A stretch of 64,000 nt of DNA from Candidatus Gottesmanbacteria bacterium UBA5942. Lineage in GTDB: Bacteria > Patescibacteriota > Microgenomatia > UBA10105 > UBA927. Under the pieces are notes generated by a model, which was not told where the DNA came from, searched no databases, and saw only the letters and a list, made by a program, of their open reading frames with translations. Shown piece by piece: positions 17,892-27,700 of the stretch. A program made the translations under genes and the position numbers. Positions within the stretch are counted from its first letter, which is position 1; each line of letters opens with the position of its first letter. The stretch lies in the NCBI GenBank assembly GCA_002430725.1, contig DJCU01000008.1, forward strand, positions 393 through 64,392. The letters run 5' to 3'.

Positions 17892-18719
17892 TTACTTTGA
17901 CTGGTCTTTGGGGAGAACAGGATTTTTTTCCCATTCGTATTCTTGACGAAGTTGCTCAAGGCGAGTATTTAAGAGTGTTTGGACTTCAGCTAATGTGTGG
18001 AATGTTCGTTGGAATTGGGATTCGCTCGGTACTGGGAAAAGAGGTTTCCCATCTGGCCCTGTTTTTGCCAGTACTTTGTTGATCAGTTCGTTCTCTATGC
18101 CGATATTTTTTTGTGATTTTCCTTGTCCGAGTCTGAAATTATATTTATAGACAGCGATAGTGAGTAATTGATCTAGATCATATCCCAACGACCCCGCGAT
18201 GCGCTTGAGGTATTCGTTGTATTCTTCCCAGAAGTATTCATCGAGTGTAAGGAGGTGCGAAATGTTATATACGACATCAGCAATTTCAGAAAGAGGAGCA
18301 ACAGGGGAAGGTGGAAGCGTGTTGTTTTCCTTGCTTTGGATAGTCATATCAAACCAATGAGAAATTGAGCTTAGTGCTTCTGGGATTTCCGCAAACATTG
18401 GGCGCGGATGATCCAAATGCCTTGTGTGAATAAGGTTGCCGTCAAAATCACGAGCTTCAGTCACGTCTGATTTTGGACCACCGGTGAGAAACATGATTTT
18501 TGCTTCTGCACGGATTTGTGGCATATTGTATGGTTCGCGGAGGAGTCGGTGTTCTTCTTTGAGGATTTGATCTGAAAGCCAGTAACGCTTATCGTCAGGC
18601 GTCATCGCGTCTATTCTGACGTGATAGTGCAGCTCACTGAAGTTAGGAGCGTGCGGATTAATGATGTCGGGTCCCGGTCGAAACTCGGCAGTTGTCATTT
18701 CAATATGAAAGTGTACCAT
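17892..18719 (-). CDS. Hypothetical cytoplasmic protein (possible all-alpha NTP-pyrophosphohydrolase-like C-terminal region, weak)
   Basis: Clean 275-aa ORF packed inside the minus-strand operon. It has no TM helices. LSEIADVVYNISHLLTLDEYFWEEY is loosely MazG/dUTPase-like. Confidence 0.45.
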   Translation of the reverse strand: MVHFHIEMTTAEFRPGPDIINPHAPNFSELHYHVRIDAMTPDDKRYWLSDQILKEEHRLLREPYNMPQIRAEAKIMFLTGGPKSDVTEARDFDGNLIHTRHLDHPRPMFAEIPEALSSISHWFDMTIQSKENNTLPPSPVAPLSEIADVVYNISHLLTLDEYFWEEYNEYLKRIAGSLGYDLDQLLTIAVYKYNFRLGQGKSQKNIGIENELINKVLAKTGPDGKPLFPVPSESQFQRTFHTLAEVQTLLNTRLEQLRQEYEWEKNPVLPKDQSK

Positions 18720-18754
18720 ACTATAGGATTATAAATCAAGTAGGCAAGAATTGC

Positions 18755-20302
18755 TTAGTGCACCTCATATAAAACCAGGCTATGTGAAGCTGTTGTACGG
18801 GTAAGAAAGGAGAGGGTAGATAGGTGAGTGTTTCCTCGTGAGGCAATAACATGGGTAATTTCGTTTTTTGCCAAGAATGATTGAAGTTCTGTGTCTGTTA
18901 GAGCGCCCGTAAATACCATATTTGCGTTCGTCTCCTTCTTGTCAGCATCAATAGTGAGAAGTGGGTGTCCATGATAGCTTCGTTTACCGGAAAGCGCTGG
19001 AAACACGAGATTATAGGGCGGTATCACTAAAAATATGTCGCGGGATGAGTGCGTTGCGCTGATTTCTCGAAAAAACTGATATTCACTGGTTGGGAGATAG
19101 TGGTACACGTTGTTGGTGTCATACATGGTGACGAGTGAGATCGTTTTTTGGTGGTTAGGAAGGAGAATGAGCGACAGCCCTGCAATGAGCGATATGCCGA
19201 GTATTCGAACAATTATTTTTTTAGTGAGCAGAAAACTGTCTATGCCCGATGCAGCAATAATAGAAAGGAGGAGAATGGTGAGCGTGGAGAGAGTTCGTGC
19301 ATTGGATATGCCGATATATGCCGGGATGGGCGAAAGAAAAATAACGATAGGAAAAAACGCGAGGATGACACTTAACCCTCTGCTATATGTTTTGGGCGCG
19401 GTAAAAAATGGCACTGCAAATAACGAAAGAAGCAGGATTGGCCCGCTTGCCAAGATAAAGTGTTCTATGGTGAGCACGTTCTGCTGTGTTAATTCCCACA
19501 TTTTAAGTTGAATAAACGGTAACGTACGGAAAAGTGATGTGACGTAAAGAAGTGGTATAGCGCCCGAAGCTATAAGAAGCACGAAAAGTGTACGAATAGA
19601 TATTTTGCGATATACCGCAGCGCCTACGGCAGCAGCTGCTATGATGCCCCATAATACCGGTTGCAGGCTAGCAAGCACGAAGCTTGCAATACTTATGACG
19701 AGCCCCATTTTCCACGAATGTTTTTTGTATTGCGTCCACTGAATAAGTCCATATACAAGTGCTATGGAGGCCGTATGGAGGAGTAATTGGTGTGGTACTC
19801 CGCCAAAGCGCACGCGAGGAACGGCAAAGTTGTTCCAATAGTCACCGTACGAGGGTTTACCATCGCGGAGTACCGGAAATGCATGAAAGAGCGCAAAAAA
19901 ATACAACGCGATGGTGGCAGCCCTGCGGCTTCGAAGGATAGTGAGTGCCAGTATATATGCCATGATAAGCAGAGCTATCCCAAGAATTGCGATGCTTGCC
20001 TGATACGCGACAATTGGCGATAGGTTGAGTATATGAAATATTTTTCCAATGAGTACGTTGCTCCAACCTATAAATGACGGAGACATATGTTCGCTAGTAA
20101 AAAGATCAATGGTGGTAAGCCATCTGTTTTCGCCTTGGGTAAATTGTGAAAGATAATAAAAATAGTCGCCGGGATGGTGCACGTTGCCCAAAAACACCAT
20201 GTCTTTCGGGGTATTGGTAAACCCAATGATCGAAGGAGCTGTATTTTCGAGGGTGGCAAGAAAAATGATGATTGTAACAAACAAGGTATACACGATTACC
20301 AT
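18755..20302 (-). CDS. Polytopic membrane protein, member of a paralog family with ORFs 22371-24044 and 27672-29285
   Basis: It has more than 10 predicted TM helices. The three ORFs share a C-terminal soluble motif: HGHPLL..ANMVFTGALTDTELQSFL..THVIASRG versus TGHPVH..NKFFYGNMNETQALQFM..SHVLVSSK versus AGHDNT..REFFSGNMSEAQARDFM. Confidence 0.55.
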   Translation of the reverse strand: MVIVYTLFVTIIIFLATLENTAPSIIGFTNTPKDMVFLGNVHHPGDYFYYLSQFTQGENRWLTTIDLFTSEHMSPSFIGWSNVLIGKIFHILNLSPIVAYQASIAILGIALLIMAYILALTILRSRRAATIALYFFALFHAFPVLRDGKPSYGDYWNNFAVPRVRFGGVPHQLLLHTASIALVYGLIQWTQYKKHSWKMGLVISIASFVLASLQPVLWGIIAAAAVGAAVYRKISIRTLFVLLIASGAIPLLYVTSLFRTLPFIQLKMWELTQQNVLTIEHFILASGPILLLSLFAVPFFTAPKTYSRGLSVILAFFPIVIFLSPIPAYIGISNARTLSTLTILLLSIIAASGIDSFLLTKKIIVRILGISLIAGLSLILLPNHQKTISLVTMYDTNNVYHYLPTSEYQFFREISATHSSRDIFLVIPPYNLVFPALSGKRSYHGHPLLTIDADKKETNANMVFTGALTDTELQSFLAKNEITHVIASRGNTHLSTLSFLTRTTASHSLVLYEVH

Positions 20303-20306
20303 CGTA

Positions 20307-20984
20307 TCATTTACCTAAATACGTTGGATGCTGGGGAAACAGTAAGGACATGTTGCCTCCGTTCTTCGGATGAGCGTATATTGCGCCTAAATATGAAAGC
20401 GTATCTATATTCTGCATGCGCTGCATGCTGATGCCATGGGTCAGGTGATGAAGCGTATTGCTTACCCAATCGACAATAGCGTCTTTTTTCCATGATTTCG
20501 GCGCGATAGCATATACCTGACCGGTGAGCTCTATTTGGACACAGCTTGCACCGCGGTTGCCGACATAGTTGGGTAAATCTCGTCTTTTTCCAAAACTAAG
20601 GGAGATGCCGGAGGGTTCTAACGGAAGATTTCGGGTGATGGAAGCACTGACCGCAGTGCCAGATTTTTCAGATTGTATGATAAATGCATAGCGCTGCTTT
20701 GCTCCGGTTATCAGGTTAAATGACTGCAGGTGAGTTTCTGTACCAGTACGGTTACGGGCGAGAAGAACAGCTGGGTAGTGGTAGCGGTCGCGGAGGTGGA
20801 GCACCCGGATTTTTTCCAGAGGAAACGAGCGGAGCTGGGGAGATTCTGCGGCGAAATCACGCGCTTTTTCATACGACATATGGCGTATATGGGAGAGATC
20901 ATTGCCGGTTGCCATACTCCACGCAACAAAGTCTCGCGCTTGTTTTCCGAGTGCCTCAGATTGTAGACATCGCTCAACAAACAT
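20307..20984 (-). CDS. Hypothetical protein
   Basis: 225-aa ORF immediately upstream of 18755-20302 with a 4-nt gap. It is preceded by a near-consensus promoter. Confidence 0.5.
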   Translation of the reverse strand: MFVERCLQSEALGKQARDFVAWSMATGNDLSHIRHMSYEKARDFAAESPQLRSFPLEKIRVLHLRDRYHYPAVLLARNRTGTETHLQSFNLITGAKQRYAFIIQSEKSGTAVSASITRNLPLEPSGISLSFGKRRDLPNYVGNRGASCVQIELTGQVYAIAPKSWKKDAIVDWVSNTLHHLTHGISMQRMQNIDTLSYLGAIYAHPKNGGNMSLLFPQHPTYLGK

Positions 20985-20993
20985 AAGAAAAAG

Positions 20994-21022
20994 ATTATAT
21001 ACTATAGGACATAGAAAGTCAA
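20994..21022 (-). promoter_or_regulatory. Sigma70-type promoter, TTGACT-N17-TATAAT, leaderless-type, for the minus-strand operon starting at 20984
   Basis: The minus strand reads TTGACT ttctatgtcctatagta TATAAT ctttttctt ATG. The -35 element is complement of 21017-21022 and the -10 element is complement of 20994-20999. The -10 ends 9 nt before the ATG, implying a 5'UTR of about 2-3 nt. Confidence 0.45.
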
Positions 21023-21038
21023 GAAGAGGTAGGGGGCA

Positions 21039-21707
21039 TTAGGGGGTTGTTGACCACGAAACTGAGTTTGCCATGCGGTCAAAAACATCGGGTGCAAATA
21101 GCCTGCCACTCATCCATATAATAAGGTGATTTTTCCCTGGTACTTCCAAAAATATGTGATCGTAGGGGGTGTTTCCCTGGCTATCCCTATAGGTGGCACG
21201 ATATCCCTTCAGTCCTGAACTATTCGTAAATGCACTTACTTTTTCTACACCTTCCCAGCTGTAATCCTGCCACCATGTGGAGGCGTATTCCATGGGCTTT
21301 CCTATATATTGCTGTTTCTTGAGCGTGGTAAGATTTTCGACTCGAAAAAATATATTCGCGTTTGCATCTGTGTTGTTGTAGAAAACAGTAACAGCATCGT
21401 ACGGATCATTGGGAAACACTCCGAGTGATAATGTTTCGGGATACATAAATGAGTAGGGGAATATAGCTCCTGTCCGCGACTTCCATGTGGCATCTGCCGG
21501 TATATAAATTTTGCCGTCAGCTTGGGGAGTTTTTTCAGCTTTTTGTGTGCTGGTGGGGGTAGGTCCAAGGTAGGTAACCCCACCCGGTAATACAACAGTG
21601 CCTGTTTTTTGACGAGCAGTGACGTACGAGAAAAATACACCGACAAAAAGTACTGAACTTATGATGATAGCGGGTAAGATGAACTGCTTGTCTGATGAGT
21701 GTTCCAT
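21039..21707 (-). CDS. Hypothetical N-terminally anchored or secreted protein
   Basis: The N-terminal hydrophobic helix AIIISSVLFVGVFFSYV is followed by a Pro/Thr-rich soluble domain. Confidence 0.5.
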   Translation of the reverse strand: MEHSSDKQFILPAIIISSVLFVGVFFSYVTARQKTGTVVLPGGVTYLGPTPTSTQKAEKTPQADGKIYIPADATWKSRTGAIFPYSFMYPETLSLGVFPNDPYDAVTVFYNNTDANANIFFRVENLTTLKKQQYIGKPMEYASTWWQDYSWEGVEKVSAFTNSSGLKGYRATYRDSQGNTPYDHIFLEVPGKNHLIIWMSGRLFAPDVFDRMANSVSWSTTP

Positions 21708-21765
21708 ATAGCACCAAGAAAGGTATTGTTATCGGTTTTCGTGACTCACTGATAGTATAAGGGCG

Positions 21766-22353
21766 TTATTCTTTGGGAGCTTCCCAAAATTCTTTACCGG
21801 CCGCATCCCAGGGGAGACGATGTTCATCGGGTTCGTTTGGATTGAACTGATTATTCACAAAATAATAGACGTTTGCCTTTTTTCCTGAAAAATTGGCAGC
21901 ACCATGTGCCACACCACGCGGAATATATACACCTATAGAGTTGCCACCACCTAATGGAATTTTTTGTAATGTTCCTTTGGTGGCTGATCCTTCTCGTACG
22001 TCCCACAGGCCAAGAAGCAAGTGTTCATCCGGAGGAACATACCACATTTCATCCTGTTTATAGTGCAAATGCCATGCTTTAATTGCCTTGTGATACTGCT
22101 TGCTCCGGTTAATTTGGCGCAGTCGAAAGCCCGGGATAAGTTCGGATTCTCCATGTTCGTCTAGTCGCATGAGTTCGGAAAAATCACCGTTTTCACCGAC
22201 AAAATTGCGAATTTTGACAATAACAACGCCTTCGATCGTGGGTTTGGGGGAGTAATCCTGTTCGTACACTTTTTCGCGGACTTTCGTATCGATAGCGCCA
22301 TCAGTGAGATTGTTCATAGTAGGATTATCCCAAGCATAAGGGTATAAAGTCAA
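21766..22353 (-). CDS. Cupin-fold sugar-nucleotide epimerase/isomerase-like protein (RmlC dTDP-4-dehydrorhamnose 3,5-epimerase or FdtA-type)
   Basis: KAWHLHYKQDEMWYV resembles the RmlC (R)GlHyQ region. YIPRGVAHGAANFSGKKANVYYFVNNQFNPNEPDEHRLPWDA resembles RmlC IPpGfAHGF...Y.p..e.girw.D. Confidence 0.5.
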   Translation of the reverse strand: MTLYPYAWDNPTMNNLTDGAIDTKVREKVYEQDYSPKPTIEGVVIVKIRNFVGENGDFSELMRLDEHGESELIPGFRLRQINRSKQYHKAIKAWHLHYKQDEMWYVPPDEHLLLGLWDVREGSATKGTLQKIPLGGGNSIGVYIPRGVAHGAANFSGKKANVYYFVNNQFNPNEPDEHRLPWDAAGKEFWEAPKE

Positions 22354-22370
22354 ACATGGTTTAGGTTAGA

Positions 22371-24044
22371 ATGAGAAATATGCAGCTTAGGAAATATGTG
22401 CTTCATTTTGCGATTGTAGGATTTGTGTTGTTTTCTTTTGTTCCAACTTTTTATGAGTTGTCGCGTGCGGACAATCTTCATTCAAATAGACAATTTGAGC
22501 TCGTCCATAATTTTCCCACCGATTACAATTTTTATCTTTCACGAATACGTCAGGGATTAGAGGGACGGTGGACTGTTATTGAGCGATATACATCTGAGCC
22601 GCATCATGGGTCACTGATCCATGAATTTTATTTACTGTTGGGTCAGGCTGGTAAATTTTCAGGAGTACCACTCCATCGATCAGGTGATATATACCATATT
22701 GCACGATTTGTGCTTGCTGTCGCCATGCTTCTAGGTATTGCTGTGTTTGCGAAAAAATCATTTGATGGATTTCGACTGACGAAGCAATTTTGGATAGTGT
22801 TGTCATTTTTTCTTGCAGTGACCGCTTCATCATGGCCGAAGTTGTTAGCGGTAGTCGATACTGCTATTGTTCCCGCAACGATTGCGAATATACATAGCTG
22901 GAGACTGGGGGGGTATATGGCGTGGTGGTCGGTTATGGATAGCTTGCAGCGCATTACGTTTATTCCACACTTGTTGGCGGGTCAAGCGCTTATTATCGCC
23001 ATAATACTATTGGTTACCCAGAAACATATTGTGAGAAGGAGTCACAACGCTGTATTTATAGGATTGCTTGCATTCTTGCTTGGGATGATATTCCCGCCCG
23101 GCCTCCTGTTTGTGTATGTCGTGATGGGTGTATGGGTAGCGCTTATGGGGTGGAAAAGAGAGTGGATAGTGCCGTATGGCGCAATAGTTATGATGAGTAT
23201 CGCTTCGTTGGTGTACCTAGCGCTGATGACGGGAGTATACCCTTGGAAGCGCCTAGCAGAGGTGGACATTATCAGGCCACTTCCGTTTGATTATCTGGAA
23301 TATGGAAAAGCAATGGGGCCTGTATTGCCATTGGGGTTGTTGGGACTTATTGTTGCGTTACTTCGTTGGGAAATTGCACTTTTTCCTGCGGTGTCGTGGG
23401 TATTAGGGTGGGGATTGCTGTTGGGTGTATTTGCTTTTGTGCCGCAACAGAGCCCGCTTCGATTTTCAGAAATGATACCTCATGTGCCGTTGGGCGTACT
23501 CACTGCGTATTTTTTCTATATTTTTCGGAAATATGTGCCCCATGCAGTTGCATTTCTTATTCCTTCTCTGTTGGTGGCTGTTGGGCTGTTTCATATGTAT
23601 TCTTCGTATCTTTGGCAGCGGGATTTTGTTGATCACAAGATGAGAGCGACATTACCACTTGTTCCGACAGGGAGCTACGTCATGTATCCATTGAAAGATT
23701 TTGTATCCGGTATGCAGTTTATATATGATCATGGACGAGGGAAAGGTGTCGTGCTGAGTGAAACAACCGCCGCCAACTACATACCGGCATATATAGGCCA
23801 TGTCGTATACGCAGGACACGACAATACGGTAGCTTTTGAAGGAAAAAAAGAAAAAGTACGCGAGTTTTTTTCAGGCAACATGAGTGAAGCGCAAGCGCGT
23901 GATTTTATGTCTTTAACCGGCGCAGCATACGTATTTTTTGGTCCGCAGGAAAGAGAAGATGGTGGAGTAGGCGATCTCAATATGAAATATCCGTTTTTGA
24001 AAGAAGTGTATCGAAACAATCAGGTCGTTGTGTATATTCCATGA
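22371..24044 (+). CDS. Polytopic membrane protein (paralog of 18755-20302 and 27672-29285)
   Basis: It has multiple TM helices and shares the C-terminal motif with the paralog family. It overlaps the next gene by 17 nt. Confidence 0.55.
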   Translation: MRNMQLRKYVLHFAIVGFVLFSFVPTFYELSRADNLHSNRQFELVHNFPTDYNFYLSRIRQGLEGRWTVIERYTSEPHHGSLIHEFYLLLGQAGKFSGVPLHRSGDIYHIARFVLAVAMLLGIAVFAKKSFDGFRLTKQFWIVLSFFLAVTASSWPKLLAVVDTAIVPATIANIHSWRLGGYMAWWSVMDSLQRITFIPHLLAGQALIIAIILLVTQKHIVRRSHNAVFIGLLAFLLGMIFPPGLLFVYVVMGVWVALMGWKREWIVPYGAIVMMSIASLVYLALMTGVYPWKRLAEVDIIRPLPFDYLEYGKAMGPVLPLGLLGLIVALLRWEIALFPAVSWVLGWGLLLGVFAFVPQQSPLRFSEMIPHVPLGVLTAYFFYIFRKYVPHAVAFLIPSLLVAVGLFHMYSSYLWQRDFVDHKMRATLPLVPTGSYVMYPLKDFVSGMQFIYDHGRGKGVVLSETTAANYIPAYIGHVVYAGHDNTVAFEGKKEKVREFFSGNMSEAQARDFMSLTGAAYVFFGPQEREDGGVGDLNMKYPFLKEVYRNNQVVVYIP

Positions 24045-26058
24045 GCGTATGATGATTCCTGTTATTGGTTTTATCCTCGTGACGATGATTGTATTTGGGA
24101 AAGCGCTATTTCCTGCAGCTGACTTCATGATTTATGGCGATGATATCCACAGGTCATATTATTTTTTCCGTGAGTTTTTTAATTATTGGATACGCCAGGG
24201 AGTATTTCCGTGGTGGAATCCGTACATTTTTGGAGGTCAGCCGTTTATTGCTGACCCAATCGTCAATATTTGGTATCCAATAAATTGGCTATTCATGTTG
24301 ATCCCCTTAAATATCGCGTATGCGTGGCATATTGCGCTACATATTGTGTGGGCGATGACTGGGATGTACATGCTAACAGTTAATAGTAAACAGTTAACTG
24401 TTAACAGTAAGTTGGCGGCGTGGGTGAGTGGGGTAGTATTTGGGTTGTCAGGATTTTTTGCAGCGCGCACCTGGTCAGGGCACGTTGATGTCATTGCTGC
24501 CGCAAGCTGGATGCCTTGGGTGGTGTGGGCAATCGATAGAGCTATGATGTTGGGCGATAAAAAACGAATTATCGTGGCTTCGGGGATTTTTGCTCTTCAG
24601 TTGTTTTCAGGGTATCAAACCATGGCATTTATGACGGTCATCGTTGTCGGATTTGTCGCATTGGCTCGAAGCTATGGAGCAAAAAGCGTGAAGCCCATGT
24701 TGTTGGCAATACAGACGGGAGCTATCGGCATTGGACTAGCGGCTTTTCATCTGGTGCCGGTTTCAGAGTTTTTTCATGCGAGCATCCGTACGTTTCGTTT
24801 GCCGTATTCATGGGCTTCGTATGGTGCTTGGGGTTGGCAAAGTCTTATACAAATGCTCAACCCGTTTTTTTTCGGAGACCAGTATACCTATCGTGGTTTA
24901 GCGCCTAATTTTGGGGAGCACAGTGCGTTTGTGGGGGTTATTGGGTTGTTGCTCGCCATGATAGGCGTGGTGGTGAGTGTTAAAAATAAACGGGCGATCG
25001 TGGGAATAGCGTTTGTTGTGCTTGCTTTTTTTGGTGTATGGGTGTCTTTGGCATCCAATGCGCCGATCGACATACAGCGTGTGATGTGGGAGATCATACC
25101 GATGTATCGGTATATACGAATACCAGCGCGCCATCTTATCTTAGTGGTTTTTAGTTTATCTTTTTTGAGTGGTGTTGGATGTCTCTATCTCCTCATGCAT
25201 AGTAAAAAATGGCGTAAGTGGGTAAGCGCACTGATTGTCGGGCTTGTTGCTATCGAAATGGTTTTGTTTTCTCGTCATTTTATCGAACTTCAACCGATAC
25301 CTGAACGCCGTCATGACCACGAGCTAGTTGAGAGACTCGTCCAGGATGAGCAACCGTACCGGACTCTCCAGAACTTTGGAGTGTGGCTGTCCGCACGCGA
25401 TGCGTTGGATTTTGATAGCAGCATGTCTTATGGGATTTATTCTGCCACAGGATACAGTCCTTCTATATTGCGATCGTATTTTGAATATATTGCTCGTGCT
25501 ACCGGCAAAAGCGGGGAGCAGGCGATGCTGTCACATGACGTGCAAGTGCCATATATGTCCGCAGCAAATGCAGGGAGCATCGATTTTTTGAATATTAAAT
25601 ATATTATCGTTCCTCCAGAGCATGATCCTTTTTCTGGTAACGAACGATATAAGCTCGTGTGGGATGATGATCGCAATAAGTATCGGTTGTATGAGAATAC
25701 GAGTGTATTACCCCGATTTTTCTTGAGCGATTCGTCATGTGGAAGTGTCAACGTGTCTTCGTATACTCCCAATAAAGTCGTGTTGTCAGTTTCCAGTACG
25801 TGTGCAGCAACGTTACGAAGTTCGGAGGTTTGGTATCCCGGATGGACTGCTACCATCGATGGTAAAAAAACAAGTATTAATAAGGAAAACGATACGTTTC
25901 GAACACTTTTTATTCAACCCGGTAATCACACCATCGTTTATGAATTTCGCCCGACAATATTTCTTTTTGGCGGAATTATCAGTTTGTTTACGGGAAGCAT
26001 GCTTGCGTTATGGTGGAAAAAGCCGATTATGGACGTTGTTCCCGCCAGTAAGGGATGA
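24028..26058 (+). CDS. YfhO-family membrane protein (GT-C glycosyltransferase candidate)
   Basis: The N-terminal IYGDDIHRSYYFFREFFNYWIRQGVFPWWNPYIFGGQPFIAD matches the YfhO N-terminal signature (GDD, hydrophobic stretch, lPlWnP..f.G.P). It has more than 12 TM helices. The C-terminal WYPGWTATIDGKKTSI..FRTLFIQPGNHTIVYEFRP matches the YfhO C-terminus. Confidence 0.65.
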   Translation: MCIFHERMMIPVIGFILVTMIVFGKALFPAADFMIYGDDIHRSYYFFREFFNYWIRQGVFPWWNPYIFGGQPFIADPIVNIWYPINWLFMLIPLNIAYAWHIALHIVWAMTGMYMLTVNSKQLTVNSKLAAWVSGVVFGLSGFFAARTWSGHVDVIAAASWMPWVVWAIDRAMMLGDKKRIIVASGIFALQLFSGYQTMAFMTVIVVGFVALARSYGAKSVKPMLLAIQTGAIGIGLAAFHLVPVSEFFHASIRTFRLPYSWASYGAWGWQSLIQMLNPFFFGDQYTYRGLAPNFGEHSAFVGVIGLLLAMIGVVVSVKNKRAIVGIAFVVLAFFGVWVSLASNAPIDIQRVMWEIIPMYRYIRIPARHLILVVFSLSFLSGVGCLYLLMHSKKWRKWVSALIVGLVAIEMVLFSRHFIELQPIPERRHDHELVERLVQDEQPYRTLQNFGVWLSARDALDFDSSMSYGIYSATGYSPSILRSYFEYIARATGKSGEQAMLSHDVQVPYMSAANAGSIDFLNIKYIIVPPEHDPFSGNERYKLVWDDDRNKYRLYENTSVLPRFFLSDSSCGSVNVSSYTPNKVVLSVSSTCAATLRSSEVWYPGWTATIDGKKTSINKENDTFRTLFIQPGNHTIVYEFRPTIFLFGGIISLFTGSMLALWWKKPIMDVVPASKG

Positions 26059-27700
26059 TGCAGGGATCTTCACCTTGCCACCATGGTTGTTGGCGAGACG
26101 TTTGATTGTTTGTGCGGTTATCAAATATCCATGTAAGCGGAGCGCCTCTCGTAGAAATCGTATGCACAGGTGTATGGTGGAGTAGATATTCATACGCATA
26201 AAAGAACCGGTAAAAGAATGATTGACGATTTAATACAATAACAAAATCAGATTCGTCATAACCGTATCGGTTAAGTTGTGGCAGGAGGTCAGGACGGAGG
26301 TATTGAGCGGCTACCGCAGCGGACATGACGATGTGCACTTTTGCGTTTTGTGGCGCGTGTTTATTTACCCAGAGAACAGCTGCTTTTTGGCTAGTGCCCC
26401 AGTAATCAAGATCGTATTTACCCATCGCGCCCCTTATCCCTCCGATGAGTTCGTTAAAGTAACTTATTTGGTACGGATGATGTTGGTATATCGCAAGCAA
26501 TAAATACAGTACTGCGGATATAAGAACGAAGAGTCCGATGTGTCGGTTGACGCGTTTTTTGAACCAAAGGTATATTTCATTCATGCCAATGCTTGCAAGC
26601 GCTGCGATGGGAAAAAGCACTTCTTCAAAATGACGGATGCCATCTATCACCCCAATACTCGGCACAATATACCGGAGAAGGGGAATACATAGCCAAAGAA
26701 CGAAAAGTAGCCCAATACGATGGTATTTTTTTTGCGCGATAACACAACACGAGCCTGCTATCCCAGAAAAAAGTATGACAAGTGGCGTGGTAATAGTGAG
26801 ATACCAGAGCGGATAATACCAGGGAACAGTAGAGCCAGAACAGTACCACGTACCGTTTAACAATACTTCTATATTATTTGTTCCTACACCAAAGGTGAGG
26901 AATGCGTGCCGGAGTTGGTCAATTGGATTTGGCCAAAATACCCACCAGAGAAGAAACGCAGCAATCGGAGAAAAGATGAAATACAAAAGAATTCTTTTGT
27001 AGTTAATAGTTGTCTTGTGTCGTTGAAATAGCCATAGGAAGCCTAGCCACGAGGCAAAAACAATGGGAATAAATACACTGTTTATTTTCACATTAAATGC
27101 CACTGCAAAGGCCGTCACAGCCCAAAACATATCGATTATTCGTTGATGTGTCACAAGACGCCATAAGAGCCATATATTGATGGCAAATATGACTGCAGAA
27201 GGAATGTCTTTCATGTTATTGTGGAGGTCTCCAAAAAATCGGGGAGTGAGCCCGAGAAGTAGCGCACTTATAAGCGCGACACGAGGGTGTATTGCCTCTT
27301 TTATAAACGTAAAAATTACAAAAATTCCCATAACTCCCCATACGATAATTGGGAGGTGATAGGCGCTGTCAGCAGGAAGGATTGCGAGTGATTTGTGTAG
27401 TAAGAGGTAGGTGGCGACAGGGGGAATACTCATGAGCGCGCCATAGGGAAGCGTCCATGCGCGTCTCGGGTCTGGTTCGACAAATGGTAGGTTGCGCGGT
27501 TCAAGTTGTTGTGGCTCAAAGCCTAAGAGCTTTCCGCCTCCAAAAAAGTGAAAGTGAAAATCCCACGTAAAACCGTAATGGTTGATTGTGAGGAGATGGA
27601 CAACAAGGAATACGAGCGTCATGAAAATGCCCGCGTGTTGGCGTATCCAGGAGAATGCCCGCGTGAGTATTTTATTTTTTGATAGCATAAACGTCTGCAA
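26027..27700 (-). CDS. ArnT/PMT-like (GT39/GT83-type) polytopic membrane glycosyltransferase candidate
   Basis: It has about 12 TM helices and an acidic/aromatic first loop (TWDFHFHFFGG...EPDPRRAW). Its overall architecture parallels ORFs 29311-30837 and 37413-39005. Confidence 0.5.
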   Translation of the reverse strand: MQTFMLSKNKILTRAFSWIRQHAGIFMTLVFLVVHLLTINHYGFTWDFHFHFFGGGKLLGFEPQQLEPRNLPFVEPDPRRAWTLPYGALMSIPPVATYLLLHKSLAILPADSAYHLPIIVWGVMGIFVIFTFIKEAIHPRVALISALLLGLTPRFFGDLHNNMKDIPSAVIFAINIWLLWRLVTHQRIIDMFWAVTAFAVAFNVKINSVFIPIVFASWLGFLWLFQRHKTTINYKRILLYFIFSPIAAFLLWWVFWPNPIDQLRHAFLTFGVGTNNIEVLLNGTWYCSGSTVPWYYPLWYLTITTPLVILFSGIAGSCCVIAQKKYHRIGLLFVLWLCIPLLRYIVPSIGVIDGIRHFEEVLFPIAALASIGMNEIYLWFKKRVNRHIGLFVLISAVLYLLLAIYQHHPYQISYFNELIGGIRGAMGKYDLDYWGTSQKAAVLWVNKHAPQNAKVHIVMSAAVAAQYLRPDLLPQLNRYGYDESDFVIVLNRQSFFYRFFYAYEYLLHHTPVHTISTRGAPLTWIFDNRTNNQTSRQQPWWQGEDPCIIPYWREQRP

